DNA of 64,000 bases from a virus (taxonomy: Duplodnaviria; Caudoviricetes). The stretch lies in the IMG/VR virus record IMGVR_UViG_3300033074_001631, positions 831 through 64,830 of that record. One strand, 5' to 3'. Both the position numbers and the translations under genes were made by a program. Of the stretch, positions 46,159-57,591 are shown one piece after another (the first letter of the stretch is position 1; every line of letters starts with the position of its first letter). The notes beneath the pieces are model-generated. The model had not been told where the DNA came from, ran no database searches, and saw only the letters and a program-made list of their open reading frames with translations.

Positions 46159-46818
46159 TTAAGAATTTGTTTTAGTTATAGTTATGGGAACTGTTATTCT
46201 AGCTCCAGAATCACGACCGGTTACTGTTAAAGTAGCTTGGAGAGTATTATTTGAACCAAATAATGTATTAACTGTAGTAGCTCTTAAATTAATCGTTGTT
46301 CCTATTACTGTTTTAGATACATTAGTTCCTAAAGTTTGTAAGGCATTTAGTGCTTCAGTATCGATATTAGTTATCCCAGTTCCTTCAAAAGTACTCATAG
46401 TTCTAACATCTGATATAGTAGCATTATATCCAGAAGTCTCAAATATAGTAGTATTACCTAAATAATTTAAAGTTTGAGGGGTAATAGCTAAAGAAGCTCC
46501 TTGTTTTAAAACTATAGAAACATAACCCAAATCTAATACAGGCATTTTAGACGTACCCCTAGGTAACGTAGCTAATTTATATTTCATTATTTGTGTTTCT
46601 TCAGGAAAAGCCTCTAATAAAGGAAGTCCTTCAATAGCTTCACCATAATAAGCAGAACCTGAAGGATGGTTTGGGTTATATAATGTGTAATCTATCTCAT
46701 CATCAGATAAAGCAAATTGTGTTATCTTAAAAGAACCATCATTTCTAGCTAATAATTCTCTTCCTTTAGTGGTTAAAATAGCATCTACCACAACTACATT
46801 AGAATTTAAATATCCCAT
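46159..46818 (-). CDS. Baseplate / tail structural protein
   Basis: DAILTTKGRELLA...ITQFALSD N-terminus. Confidence 0.55.
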   Translation of the reverse strand: MGYLNSNVVVVDAILTTKGRELLARNDGSFKITQFALSDDEIDYTLYNPNHPSGSAYYGEAIEGLPLLEAFPEETQIMKYKLATLPRGTSKMPVLDLGYVSIVLKQGASLAITPQTLNYLGNTTIFETSGYNATISDVRTMSTFEGTGITNIDTEALNALQTLGTNVSKTVIGTTINLRATTVNTLFGSNNTLQATLTVTGRDSGARITVPITITKTNS

Positions 46819-46841
46819 TTTTTTATTTTTTATTATAAATA

Positions 46842-49800
46842 TTATTGAATTAAATTTTTATCAGTTAATTCTTTTATAATTTCTGGTATTTTATTTTCTA
46901 TACCTTTTGTTATATATTCTGGTTTTATTATTCCTTTTCCTAATCCATTAGGAGGATCACCGGCTTCCAAATATATAAACCCTGCTCTAGGTATCCAACG
47001 TCTAATTAAAAAAGATTGCCTTTTTAACGATCCTATAGGTAATGATGTTGTTGGATTAAAATTAGATGGAATACCCACCCTCATTGTTAAAGAATAACTA
47101 TCAGTAAATGGATTAATTTTTATCTTTAATATAGGAAATACCAAATTTTCATCAGCGTTAAATCTTATTTCATACCCATTATCAACATCTATAAAAGGAG
47201 TACCTGAAGTTGTATAGTTTGCTTCAAAAGGAGTTATTTCAAAAGGATAAATAGTAGAATCATAACCTGAATTGGGTACTTGAGGATAAAATTCCCCATA
47301 TACTCTTGTAAAATCGGGGGCAAACGTTATATCCATAAAAGTATTTCCTATAAAATAATTAGTTATGTCTGTTATGTAAGGAAATAAAGAAGAATAAGAT
47401 ATTATAGATGTAGGGTCAGGATTATTTGTATCAGTAAACACTAATGAGTTTAAAAATCCTGGAGCTATACTTCCCGTTTGAGAATATAATATTGGGGTAG
47501 CATACTCCCCTGAACGATATATTTTGTATTTTTGGTTTCCGGCAAATTGTTGACCTATTGAATTTTTGTCAGGATCTAGATATATATATGAATCTCTTTC
47601 AAATAACTGCATTTGGTTATATATAGTAAAATCACTTAATGCAGGGACTTGTACTTGTATATTTTCATCTATTATATAATCTAAATTAACAATAGTTTTC
47701 CCTATTGCTTCTGGAGTAGATCCCCCTTTATTATTATAATAACCTATAAATGGTTTTGGATTTCTAGCAACTGTTTCTTTTCCAAATCCTGAATTTCCTT
47801 CATTATATTGATTAAAATCAGGAGATGTTGTTTTAGTTCCTTCATATCTTGGTAGAGTATGTCTTTTTATGTTATAATAGTAATCTTGAATTGGGGCCTT
47901 TATTGCAATTCTTTTAATTATTTGATCAAAATTTATAGGTTTTAATGAAGAACCATATGTTGGGCTATCAGAATAATCAACATCCATATAATATTTACTA
48001 ATTCTAGAATCAGAAACATTATTTATTAATGGATTATAATTACTATTATTAAATTTTTGACTAAAATAAGGTTCTATTATTATTAAATCTGGGGTGTTAG
48101 TCTGTCCTGGAGTTATATAATCTATTTCAAAATTTGTTATATCTAATCCTTTTATAGAAGCTCCGGGTGAAATTATAACAGCTACTAATATTTCCTCTCC
48201 TTCTACAGGAACATCATTATCTATTAGTGTAGCAGATAAATTAAAGGAATATGGATAAATAGAAGTAGAACCACTATCTAATATACTTATTGAAGTATTA
48301 AGTAAGTTTAATGTTTGGTTTGGTTTCCTTCTTATCAAATATATTGCAGAAGGACCATTTGCTGAATTTATTGTTCCTTGAACTGATACTTGTACATCAT
48401 CTGTATTGAATGTTTTTCCTATTATATAAGAAAAACTGGAGGTATTAAACCATCCTAAAGGATCAATTATATTAGATATGTTAAAGGAGATAGGGACTCC
48501 TAAAGGGATCATATTAAATAATCCTGGATTTGCTGGTATAAACCCAAAAGAGGCAGCAACAGAAACATCAGCATTTAATATTATATTATCATTAACTATT
48601 ATATTAGGAGACAATAATGGAGCTTCTTGTTTTAACTCATTTAAATTATAACCTAATCCAGAAGCATTAATTATATTTTTAGTAAATATTTCATATAAAT
48701 AATAAGTAGGATATTCAGATATATTTTTTATTCCAAAACTTACATTAGAAGTTCCTGTTCCATTTTTAAAAGAAATAATTATTTTAGTAGCTTGCCCTAA
48801 ATAAATAGAATTATTTTCTCCTAAAGAATTAAATTTACTTATTTTTATAAATTTAGTAAAATATTGATCAGCATTGTAAACATAAGGAATAGTTCCTATC
48901 GAATTATCTACAGCTATGTTATATAAATATACTTCTCCAGAATCAGGCTCTGTTTCAAATTCTAAAAATTTAGATTCTAAAAGTATATTATCATATATAC
49001 CAAAATAATTGACTCCAAATTTAGTAATTAAGAATCTATATCTATCTCCAGCATATTGAGTTATTGTATATAAATTTTCTTTAGTATCTATTTTACTAAA
49101 AGGATTTATATGTTCAGTATAAACATTTATATTTGAACCACTAAATTCTCCATTATAGAATTCATATTGATAAGTATTGGATTGAGTAACTAATCCTAAA
49201 GGAGTAGAATTATAACTATCCCAGCTTTGGGTGAAATCAGGTATAAAATTTCTTATAAAAGGGGTTTCTCCTCCAAATTCTTTAAACCCTCCAGCTATAC
49301 TTCCGGTAATAAAAGCAGTATCTATTGAACCGGATTTGTCTAAAGTTTCCCAATCAACGGAAGGAAACTTATATCTACTTCTTTCTAAATAATGAGGTTT
49401 TATAACTAACCCTGATACTAAATTTGTTCTTGAAGGAACAAAATCTTTTACCAATTTAAATAGAGAATTATCAAAATATTTTATTAATCTTATATAATCA
49501 TTTAAATTATAAGGCTTAATATATTTACAGAAATAATAATTTCTTAATAAATCTAAATTTTCATAAGAAGTATTTGAATTAAATCTATCTCTGGGGTCTC
49601 CTATGTATTCTCCTATATTAAAATATCCCAAAGCTTCTGATATATCATCATTTATTTCATTTTGAGGAGAAAAAGCAACTTCTAAATAATTGTTGTCCGG
49701 AGAATAACTTTGTGAAAATATATAATTTTGTTGAATTGAAGATAAATTAGAAAGAACATTTCCATAATTATTTTCATCAACATCTTTTATTTTATTAGAA

Positions 49801-52706
49801 TTAGGAGTTAATATTCCTACAGAAGGAGTATCTACATAATATACTTCTGTTTGTGATATTGAATGTATAGATCCTGTATTGTGGTATAAAACATCAAAAT
49901 AACTATGAGAATCTGCTATAATAAAATAATCATTTCCGTCATCTCCATAAAGATAAAATATTGAACCAGAGGCATAAGAAGCAGTATTATAGTAAGAACC
50001 AGATTTTGGTAATATAGAACCAGAAAACCAAAAAGATTCTGTTATACATGAACCTGTTATAGCAGGGTGTAATGATTCATAGGTTATGTAAGGGAAATTA
50101 GAAGAAAAATATTTGGTTTCTAATAAATTTCCTAGGGGAGCTCTAAAATTTACTATATCTTTCGAAGAACCAGAAAATATATTTGTGTTTCCCTCTATAG
50201 ATTTAGGATTCATTACTAAATCATCAAAGGATAATTCATTTAATGGGTTTCCATAATATCTGAATTCAGAAAAAGAACCAGAAAATATATTACTTGCTGA
50301 TACTAGATTTGTTATCCCTCCTATATACCCCCCAACATAAATTCCAAAAGGAACATAAGAAGAAGAATAAAAAGAAAAATTATTCCAAGATTCATTGTAT
50401 GAACCACTAACTGTTATTGAACTAGAACCTTGAAATCCTAACTTATATCCATCAATTCCCTCATATATTTTGTTTTTAACAAACAGATCGTAATTTACAT
50501 TTTGGTTATTTTCCCCACTAGAAGAAATATGGTTGTTTCTTCTCAACATTAATGTCCACCAATCCCCATCAAAAAAAGGCAAATAAATGTTGGAAGAAGA
50601 AATGTATCCGTTAGAACCAGATATTACAAAATTTAAATTTCCATATTCTTTATATTCATTAGGTATAGAACCAGAATATGAAGAACTAGTATAACCTGAC
50701 CCAGTATAGTTAAGAAATATTCCAAAATCAAATTCAGTCCCAGGATTATTTATTTTTTTAACTAGAATACTTTGACTATATTGGGAAGAATTAGGTATTC
50801 CTGTAGTTTTGAATCTTAGAGTTATAGTATCAGGAAGTATTACTTTATTTTCAGCATAATAGTTTCTTAATAAAGGTAACCAAGGTATTAAAGGTTGGGC
50901 TTCTTGATGGGTTTTAAATTCATATGAATAATAATTATACCAATAATCCCAATCATTGATGTTTTGTTTATCTTTTCCTCCAAATTCTGATATTCTTAAT
51001 ATGGTATCAGGAATACCATATGAGTTAACAAGTAATCTTAACCCATCTATAGTACCTTTTTTCTTTAATAATAAAGGTAAATTATGGTATAATCTTTTAT
51101 AAATTCTTTTATTTAAATCATTTAATGGAAATAAAGAACCAGTATTAGAAGAGGTTACAAATGTATTTATATATTCTAATCCTTCAGGTGTAGGAATAGA
51201 ATTATAAGCATTACTTATATTATATAAACTTCCCGAAGGAGTTATTCCTAATAAAGATGAATATAAATCGTTAGTTGAAAAATTGTTTTGGTAAATTTTA
51301 ATACCAAAATCTCTCAACACATCTGCTACTAAATCTTTAGACACCCCATAATCTATTCTATTATCTGCATTGTATTTGTTTGTTATATCTTTTATATATA
51401 ACCAAATATTGTCAAAATGCTGTCCTAGCATTTCAACAAATAATTGCATTTTATAATTGTTTGGGTCTTCAGTTAAATAACTAGGTATAGAATTTAATAA
51501 ATAATCTTTATTAAATCTATCATATTCTTCTGCTACCAAAGATTGAGAATTAAACCAAGATATTGCGTTGGAGTCTGTTGTTACATAATTTTGGTATGGG
51601 TATTGAGAATTAATTTTAGGCCAACACGTGCTCCCTGAGGAATAATATAGATAATATTCGTATCCATCAAATTCTTTTATTATTTCGTTTATTTTATTTA
51701 AATAAACATTTTGGCTTTGAGAAACATATGAATCAAGAGATCCTGAACCTAGGTTTCCTTGAACTTGATATTGTTCTATTAGTCTTAATTTTAAAACAAA
51801 ATTTTCTAACCTAGTTTTAGCAGAAGAAAAATGTATAAAATCAAGATATGAAGAATAATCTATATTTATATTTGTTCCTTTTTGAGATAATAAATTTTCT
51901 AATTGATATTTGGTGCTTCCTGTTCCTAATAAAGAAATATTATTTAATAAACTGTTATAATTAGTATATTCAGTAGAATTATTTATAATATCATTTATGA
52001 ATAAATTTAGATTAGGACCTTTTAATTTAATTATGTTTTCTTCTTGAGAAAAAATTTTTGTTATATCTATTTGATAAACTGTAGGATTAGATAATTGTTC
52101 TACTATCCATAATTCATCTTTTTCATTAAATTCTAATGGTAAAGGTTCATATAATTTTATTAAAACTGTAGGAGAGGTTTCATCTTCATTTTCTAATAAT
52201 ATGTTAGTAGCTATTAATAATTTATCCATACCAAAATTTAAATAAAAATCTATATATCTTTTATTAGATAAAGATTTTAAATTTATGAATTCTGATGTGG
52301 TTTTTATTATTTCATTAGAAGAAATTGTTGTGCTATTTAATCTAATTTCAGTTCTGTCAGAACTTATATTTTGTATATAATATTTTTTATTATATGAAGA
52401 TCCTAATAAATTAGTAAGTATGTTATATTTAGTTATGTATTGTCCTTCATCATACCCATAAAAATATAAATTGTCTTCGGGGAATAATTTTATTTTATTG
52501 TCTATTATATTGTATCCATTATATTCTGGATCATATAACATTATGTTGTTGTTTATATCTGATATTATGTATTCTATATAATCTTTAGAAGAATCAAAAA
52601 CTGTATCCCCTTCAAAACTTAATATTAGATTTTGATCAGATTCCGAATATTTTTGGTATTCAAAAGTATCAGGATTTAAAACTTGTATATTAATTATTTT
52701 ATCCAT
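46842..52706 (-). CDS. Large baseplate wedge-like protein (1954 aa)
   Basis: VEMLGQHFD...LLKKKGTIDGLRLLVNSYG wedge-type motif; sits in the baseplate cluster. Confidence 0.6.
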   Translation of the reverse strand: MDKIINIQVLNPDTFEYQKYSESDQNLILSFEGDTVFDSSKDYIEYIISDINNNIMLYDPEYNGYNIIDNKIKLFPEDNLYFYGYDEGQYITKYNILTNLLGSSYNKKYYIQNISSDRTEIRLNSTTISSNEIIKTTSEFINLKSLSNKRYIDFYLNFGMDKLLIATNILLENEDETSPTVLIKLYEPLPLEFNEKDELWIVEQLSNPTVYQIDITKIFSQEENIIKLKGPNLNLFINDIINNSTEYTNYNSLLNNISLLGTGSTKYQLENLLSQKGTNINIDYSSYLDFIHFSSAKTRLENFVLKLRLIEQYQVQGNLGSGSLDSYVSQSQNVYLNKINEIIKEFDGYEYYLYYSSGSTCWPKINSQYPYQNYVTTDSNAISWFNSQSLVAEEYDRFNKDYLLNSIPSYLTEDPNNYKMQLFVEMLGQHFDNIWLYIKDITNKYNADNRIDYGVSKDLVADVLRDFGIKIYQNNFSTNDLYSSLLGITPSGSLYNISNAYNSIPTPEGLEYINTFVTSSNTGSLFPLNDLNKRIYKRLYHNLPLLLKKKGTIDGLRLLVNSYGIPDTILRISEFGGKDKQNINDWDYWYNYYSYEFKTHQEAQPLIPWLPLLRNYYAENKVILPDTITLRFKTTGIPNSSQYSQSILVKKINNPGTEFDFGIFLNYTGSGYTSSSYSGSIPNEYKEYGNLNFVISGSNGYISSSNIYLPFFDGDWWTLMLRRNNHISSSGENNQNVNYDLFVKNKIYEGIDGYKLGFQGSSSITVSGSYNESWNNFSFYSSSYVPFGIYVGGYIGGITNLVSASNIFSGSFSEFRYYGNPLNELSFDDLVMNPKSIEGNTNIFSGSSKDIVNFRAPLGNLLETKYFSSNFPYITYESLHPAITGSCITESFWFSGSILPKSGSYYNTASYASGSIFYLYGDDGNDYFIIADSHSYFDVLYHNTGSIHSISQTEVYYVDTPSVGILTPNSNKIKDVDENNYGNVLSNLSSIQQNYIFSQSYSPDNNYLEVAFSPQNEINDDISEALGYFNIGEYIGDPRDRFNSNTSYENLDLLRNYYFCKYIKPYNLNDYIRLIKYFDNSLFKLVKDFVPSRTNLVSGLVIKPHYLERSRYKFPSVDWETLDKSGSIDTAFITGSIAGGFKEFGGETPFIRNFIPDFTQSWDSYNSTPLGLVTQSNTYQYEFYNGEFSGSNINVYTEHINPFSKIDTKENLYTITQYAGDRYRFLITKFGVNYFGIYDNILLESKFLEFETEPDSGEVYLYNIAVDNSIGTIPYVYNADQYFTKFIKISKFNSLGENNSIYLGQATKIIISFKNGTGTSNVSFGIKNISEYPTYYLYEIFTKNIINASGLGYNLNELKQEAPLLSPNIIVNDNIILNADVSVAASFGFIPANPGLFNMIPLGVPISFNISNIIDPLGWFNTSSFSYIIGKTFNTDDVQVSVQGTINSANGPSAIYLIRRKPNQTLNLLNTSISILDSGSTSIYPYSFNLSATLIDNDVPVEGEEILVAVIISPGASIKGLDITNFEIDYITPGQTNTPDLIIIEPYFSQKFNNSNYNPLINNVSDSRISKYYMDVDYSDSPTYGSSLKPINFDQIIKRIAIKAPIQDYYYNIKRHTLPRYEGTKTTSPDFNQYNEGNSGFGKETVARNPKPFIGYYNNKGGSTPEAIGKTIVNLDYIIDENIQVQVPALSDFTIYNQMQLFERDSYIYLDPDKNSIGQQFAGNQKYKIYRSGEYATPILYSQTGSIAPGFLNSLVFTDTNNPDPTSIISYSSLFPYITDITNYFIGNTFMDITFAPDFTRVYGEFYPQVPNSGYDSTIYPFEITPFEANYTTSGTPFIDVDNGYEIRFNADENLVFPILKIKINPFTDSYSLTMRVGIPSNFNPTTSLPIGSLKRQSFLIRRWIPRAGFIYLEAGDPPNGLGKGIIKPEYITKGIENKIPEIIKELTDKNLIQ

Positions 52707-53058
52707 TAATGGAACTACTAATTTGTAGTGTTATAATTTGTTTGTTTAATTCTAAATTTTCTTGTTTTAAAGAAGTTATTTCATTTATTAAGGCTTGGAG
52801 TTCTTCATTCTGTGATTCTGTTGTTCCTATATAAGCAGAACTGTTATTTACAATATATTCATGAGAATTTATTTCTCCAAATTTAGGTATACTATAAAAT
52901 AAAGATTGATAATATTGAAAAAACTGATCAATGGATATTGATGGAGTTTCTTCTAAAGATGAAGTATCCTGAACTAACTGAGAAAAGTTAGTATCTATAA
53001 CCTTTTCATATTGGTTTTTATTATAAAATTTTTTAGATAAATTTATTATATTATCCAT
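52699..53058 (-). CDS. Hypothetical baseplate-cluster protein
   Basis: 119-aa ORF overlapping its neighbours. Confidence 0.55.
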   Translation of the reverse strand: MDNIINLSKKFYNKNQYEKVIDTNFSQLVQDTSSLEETPSISIDQFFQYYQSLFYSIPKFGEINSHEYIVNNSSAYIGTTESQNEELQALINEITSLKQENLELNKQIITLQISSSING

Positions 53059-54175
53059 TTACTACTTTGAAGAAATAATTATCAGAAAATATTAATGAAT
53101 TCCCATTTATTATAGTTTTTATCATTATTTCATAATATCTTTCAGGCTGTAAACCATTCATATATAAAGTAAAATAAGAACTTTGTTCATCTGCACTTAG
53201 TTTTGTGTAATTTTCATCAAAATCTATTATAAATTCATTAGTATCTAAATCTTTTATAGCATAATATGAAGACGAAGGTAAATAATAATTATCCAAATAC
53301 ACAGAAGAAGTTTGAAAAGTTCTATTAGGATAAGTAGGTCTACAATTTATTCTAAATTTATTTATGCTACCCACATAAAAAATTCCTGGGTTTTCTGATA
53401 GCGACAAAGTAATATTTGGATTAGAAATTATGTTGTGACTAGAAGAACCAGTATTAAATACATAGTCATCCCATCTGAATTCTAAACAAGGGGGGTATAT
53501 AGTATGAGTATCTACAGAAAAATATTTTAAACTAGGTTGAACTTCTAAACTATTTATAAATTCATTTTTTTGTTTTAATATGAATCCATTATTATTTATT
53601 ATATTGTTGTTCCAAACCTTTATTGTATTAGTAACATTTAAACTTAAATCTTTTTCAGAAAGAAAATTAAATTCTTGAGATGAACTTATTGAAGAAGTAA
53701 AGTTACTTGAAGATAAATCAAAATACCAAGTTCCTCCTCCCATATTATCTTGGTTAAAAGAAGCTGTTACTCCTGTAGGATATGAACCTGTTAACCAAGC
53801 ATTGCTTCCTGAATATGATCTATATATCCAACTAACCCCATTGTTTATATTGGGGGAATCTAAGTATCTACCTGTACCCATATTCCATTCTCCATATATA
53901 GGATATGATTCTATAGTAGTATCTAAATTTAAACCTTCTACATTAGCGGCAAAACATTTTAAAAAACCTTCCCAATTAGATGAACTTATTTTATTATTGA
54001 TAATTTCTGTTATTTCATCTAAACTAAATTGAATTAAAAATCTACTAGTTTGGGGGTGTTCTAAATTAGATACTTTTAAAGACGTTTCTAATATTTCATC
54101 TAAACCTGTATTTTTTATAGGATATTGTGAATATATAGTTGCATCTTTTATAGGAAAAATTCTATAAAAAGCCAT
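53051..54175 (-). CDS. Virion structural protein
   Basis: 374 aa, beta-rich; IFPIKDATIYS start; late-type motif upstream. Confidence 0.55.
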   Translation of the reverse strand: MAFYRIFPIKDATIYSQYPIKNTGLDEILETSLKVSNLEHPQTSRFLIQFSLDEITEIINNKISSSNWEGFLKCFAANVEGLNLDTTIESYPIYGEWNMGTGRYLDSPNINNGVSWIYRSYSGSNAWLTGSYPTGVTASFNQDNMGGGTWYFDLSSSNFTSSISSSQEFNFLSEKDLSLNVTNTIKVWNNNIINNNGFILKQKNEFINSLEVQPSLKYFSVDTHTIYPPCLEFRWDDYVFNTGSSSHNIISNPNITLSLSENPGIFYVGSINKFRINCRPTYPNRTFQTSSVYLDNYYLPSSSYYAIKDLDTNEFIIDFDENYTKLSADEQSSYFTLYMNGLQPERYYEIMIKTIINGNSLIFSDNYFFKVVNG

Positions 54176-54195
54176 TTTATTATAAATATATTATT

Positions 54196-56049
54196 TTAAA
54201 AATTTACAACACGTCCAAAAATATCTACATCAGGATATTTTATTTCAAATATTGAAGGATCTAAGGAAGGATATATTATATTATTAATAGTAGCTCCTAA
54301 TACATCATATGAATATGGAGAATATCCTAGAGATTCTCCTGCTTTATTATATATTGAAATAGATTTCACTGTTTGAACTCCTTGTATTTTATCTAATAAT
54401 ATGTATATATCTCTTAGTATTATAGGTTGATTTATCTGCCATTTATTTATATTAAAAAAATTCTTTAACTCTATTAAACACCTAGATAATATTTCATTAT
54501 TGTTATAGTTTGGTAAAATTATTATATCAAAATCTAGTCCTATATTTATTATATAAGCATCTTTTATATTAACAGAATCATTACTTATTTTATATTTATA
54601 TAAATAAGTTATTAAATTTTGTTTTAAGGTTTCAGAACTAGTTGTTAAATGATTGTTTTGATCCTGAGATAGTATATATAAATCTAATACTGAAGGAGAA
54701 TAGTTAGTTTCAGTATTTATAAATTTTGTTGGTTCTATATATCCTTTAGATATAGTTCCATATTTTGAAGGTAAACTTAAGGTTCTTACTAACCAATCAT
54801 CTGGAGTTATGTTTCTAAGTTGAGAAGAAAAATTTGATATAGTATTTTGTCTTATTTGTTCTGTGGTATCACCATCTCCTCCTCCATTTGCCGCATCGGG
54901 GTTGTTTATAGCCAATGAATCAAATACTTCTTGGGACAAAGAATTATTTATATTACTATTTAAAAATTTAACATCTCCTATTAAATTAGTTAAAGTATTA
55001 GGAAACACATTTGATTCTATTCCACCACCGGTTAAATATCTAAAAGTAATAGTAGTATTGGAAGGAGCTATTCCATACGTTCTAGTAAAAATAAAATTAT
55101 TAGGTGAATATGCCGTAGTTAATTTAGATCTTTCAAAAGGTAAACCCAAACCAATATTGTCTGAATTTGGGATTATTTCTTCATCATAATCATAAACTGT
55201 TCCTGCCCCAAATTGTATTTGTAAAGAACCAGAATTTAAAAATCTAGTAGCAAATCTTCTTTGAACTTTTTTTAATTTTAATAAAAAAGGAGTATTATTT
55301 TTATCAACACTAAAATTAGGATCATTAGTATTGGTATTTTTTATAGAATCAAATATTGTGTCTTGGGCTAAATGATCTACTTCATACCATTGGTTTCCTT
55401 CTGAATCAAATGCATCTAAAATTCCCACGATTTTATCAGCAGATAATAATACGGTAGAAAATTCCTCAGGTTGCGTAAAAGAATAAGAAACAGTATTTAT
55501 TTTAGAAGAAATAGCTGGTCTTTGTTTTTTGAGAAGAAAATATACTGGGTTTCCAGAAGAATCTACTTCATATACTGTTACTTCTGTTGGGTCTTCAGAA
55601 CTAGAAAATGAAAAATCAACAGAATCTCCTATTAAAAAAGAAGTTTTATTTATATCTGTAGACTGAGCTATTGAGTTTTCTGATATAAACATACTATAAT
55701 CAAAATCAGGAACATATGTACTTCCTGAGATTTTTGATGGTACTATTTGAAAAAAGTCAATATTGGTTGAAGCAACACTAGTTACATTAGGTTTATAACC
55801 AAACATATATGATAATTCATATAAATTGTTGGTTTGTCTTGCAAATTGTAAAAAAGTTTCTTGAAATTGATTGTCTTGATAAAATGATAAAACATCTCCT
55901 ACATATGATGCTTGTTCCATGAATAACATCCCTGGAGACGAAAGACTAAAATCATTATATGTAGTAGAAAAATATGTTTTAGCATAATTTATTAATGCTT
56001 TTCTATATTCACTAAAATCTTTATTTATATAAGATATATTTCTATTCAT
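54196..56049 (-). CDS. Baseplate wedge protein (gp6 / baseplate J-like)
   Basis: YINKDF...SYVGDVLSFY, YLTGGG, ANGGGDGDT...QLRNIT motifs. Confidence 0.85.
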   Translation of the reverse strand: MNRNISYINKDFSEYRKALINYAKTYFSTTYNDFSLSSPGMLFMEQASYVGDVLSFYQDNQFQETFLQFARQTNNLYELSYMFGYKPNVTSVASTNIDFFQIVPSKISGSTYVPDFDYSMFISENSIAQSTDINKTSFLIGDSVDFSFSSSEDPTEVTVYEVDSSGNPVYFLLKKQRPAISSKINTVSYSFTQPEEFSTVLLSADKIVGILDAFDSEGNQWYEVDHLAQDTIFDSIKNTNTNDPNFSVDKNNTPFLLKLKKVQRRFATRFLNSGSLQIQFGAGTVYDYDEEIIPNSDNIGLGLPFERSKLTTAYSPNNFIFTRTYGIAPSNTTITFRYLTGGGIESNVFPNTLTNLIGDVKFLNSNINNSLSQEVFDSLAINNPDAANGGGDGDTTEQIRQNTISNFSSQLRNITPDDWLVRTLSLPSKYGTISKGYIEPTKFINTETNYSPSVLDLYILSQDQNNHLTTSSETLKQNLITYLYKYKISNDSVNIKDAYIINIGLDFDIIILPNYNNNEILSRCLIELKNFFNINKWQINQPIILRDIYILLDKIQGVQTVKSISIYNKAGESLGYSPYSYDVLGATINNIIYPSLDPSIFEIKYPDVDIFGRVVNF

Positions 56050-56456
56050 TGTTTAAACGATATTGAAAATTCATCTGTTATTCCTGTATCTTTTATTGAA
56101 TAAGACAAGGTTACATAAACTTGATTTAAATCATTGTCAGAAAATACATCCAAAGAATTAACTATAATATTTGGAAAATTAGAAGATAATTTACTTTGAA
56201 TATCTTCTTTCAAAAAATCTAAATTATTAGCTTGTATTTGTTCAAATATAAAAGCTCTTATTCCAGCTCCAAACAATACATTTAAGTATCTTTCTCCTGG
56301 ATTAGTCAAGAAAAAATTTATTAGATTATTTCTAATAGCGTCTTTAGTAATATAAGTAGAGTTAAAAACTGCGGTTCCATTAAAAGGAATACTTACCCCT
56401 ATCCCTATACTAGGTTTTGTATCTAAAGGAAATATTTTTTTTGGAGAAAAAGCCAT
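56046..56456 (-). CDS. Baseplate wedge subunit (gp25-like)
   Basis: IRNNLINFFLTNPGERY...FGAGI motif. Confidence 0.88.
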   Translation of the reverse strand: MAFSPKKIFPLDTKPSIGIGVSIPFNGTAVFNSTYITKDAIRNNLINFFLTNPGERYLNVLFGAGIRAFIFEQIQANNLDFLKEDIQSKLSSNFPNIIVNSLDVFSDNDLNQVYVTLSYSIKDTGITDEFSISFKQ

Positions 56457-56782
56457 TATCTATTCATCAATCCTGCTATTTGATCTAAACTTACTTCTCC
56501 TTCAGGTAAAGACCCATTTATTACGTCAACCGGGACTGGTTTAAAGGGGGATATATGAGAAGTATTTATAGTTTTACCTGAATTTATTTCTCCTATAATA
56601 TCACCAAATATTTGTTTTCTTTCCTCAGAAGTTAATAATTTTTTAGAAGATTTATTACTTTCTACCAAAGAAGTATTATTATTTGGGGTTTTTATAGCTT
56701 CCAAAATTATTTCTTTTAATTCTTCACTAATAGCTTCTTTTACAGCGGATTTTATTAATTGTTTTAATTGTTTTAATTCCAT
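56456..56782 (-). CDS. Hypothetical protein
   Basis: 108 aa; LIKSAVKEAISEE leader. Confidence 0.6.
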   Translation of the reverse strand: MELKQLKQLIKSAVKEAISEELKEIILEAIKTPNNNTSLVESNKSSKKLLTSEERKQIFGDIIGEINSGKTINTSHISPFKPVPVDVINGSLPEGEVSLDQIAGLMNR

Positions 56783-56802
56783 ATTTATAAATATTAAAAA
56801 GT

Positions 56803-57591
56803 TTAAAATGCTATTAAATTATTTTTATCTATATTAAATTTTAATTCTTCTATCAATATTTCTGGAGAAGAAGTAAAAGAAGGATTGGTTTTTAACAAAA
56901 TTATTCCTTGAGAATTTTTGGCGACAGCAAATTTTCTTTTTATAGATAAATTACTGTTTTCTTCTATTATTTCAAAAATAAAACCTTTATAATATAAATC
57001 TAAAATATTTTGTTTTAATTTTTTTATTTCCTCTAATTGAGATAAAAATTCTGAGTCTATTTTGTTTAGATCATTTATTAAACCAATATTATTTGGGGTT
57101 TCTTTTTTACATTTATTTATTAAAAAATCTAACAATTTTATTTGATTTAATATAGTATCAGAGGAAGAAACCATGTAATCTAAAACTATATCAAAAGAAT
57201 CTATTTGTTTTTCTGTTTGTTTTAAAATAGACTGTATACTAGATAACCCATCTCCTGCTGATAATATGACCCCCATAGGAATACCTACACCTGGGGGGAC
57301 AGAACTAGGAATGGGTAATATTTTTAATAAATTTATAGCTACATTTATCGGAGGTATTATATTATCTAAAGGATCTATTACAGAATTTAAAGTTTTTATA
57401 ACCTGTTTTAATGAAGTTAAAGAATCAACAATTTGATTTCTATTTGTTATTATTTTATTTAAACTATTTGTGTCTTTTGGACATTTATTTTTTATTTCAT
57501 TTATATTAATAATTAAGTTGGATATTATCCTATCTTTTAATAAAGATGTTTTTTTTACTAATATTTGAGATAAAGAAGCTAACCCCATCAA
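56803..57591 (-). CDS. Hypothetical baseplate-cluster protein
   Basis: 262-aa helical ORF. Confidence 0.55.
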   Translation of the reverse strand: MMGLASLSQILVKKTSLLKDRIISNLIININEIKNKCPKDTNSLNKIITNRNQIVDSLTSLKQVIKTLNSVIDPLDNIIPPINVAINLLKILPIPSSVPPGVGIPMGVILSAGDGLSSIQSILKQTEKQIDSFDIVLDYMVSSSDTILNQIKLLDFLINKCKKETPNNIGLINDLNKIDSEFLSQLEEIKKLKQNILDLYYKGFIFEIIEENSNLSIKRKFAVAKNSQGIILLKTNPSFTSSPEILIEELKFNIDKNNLIAF

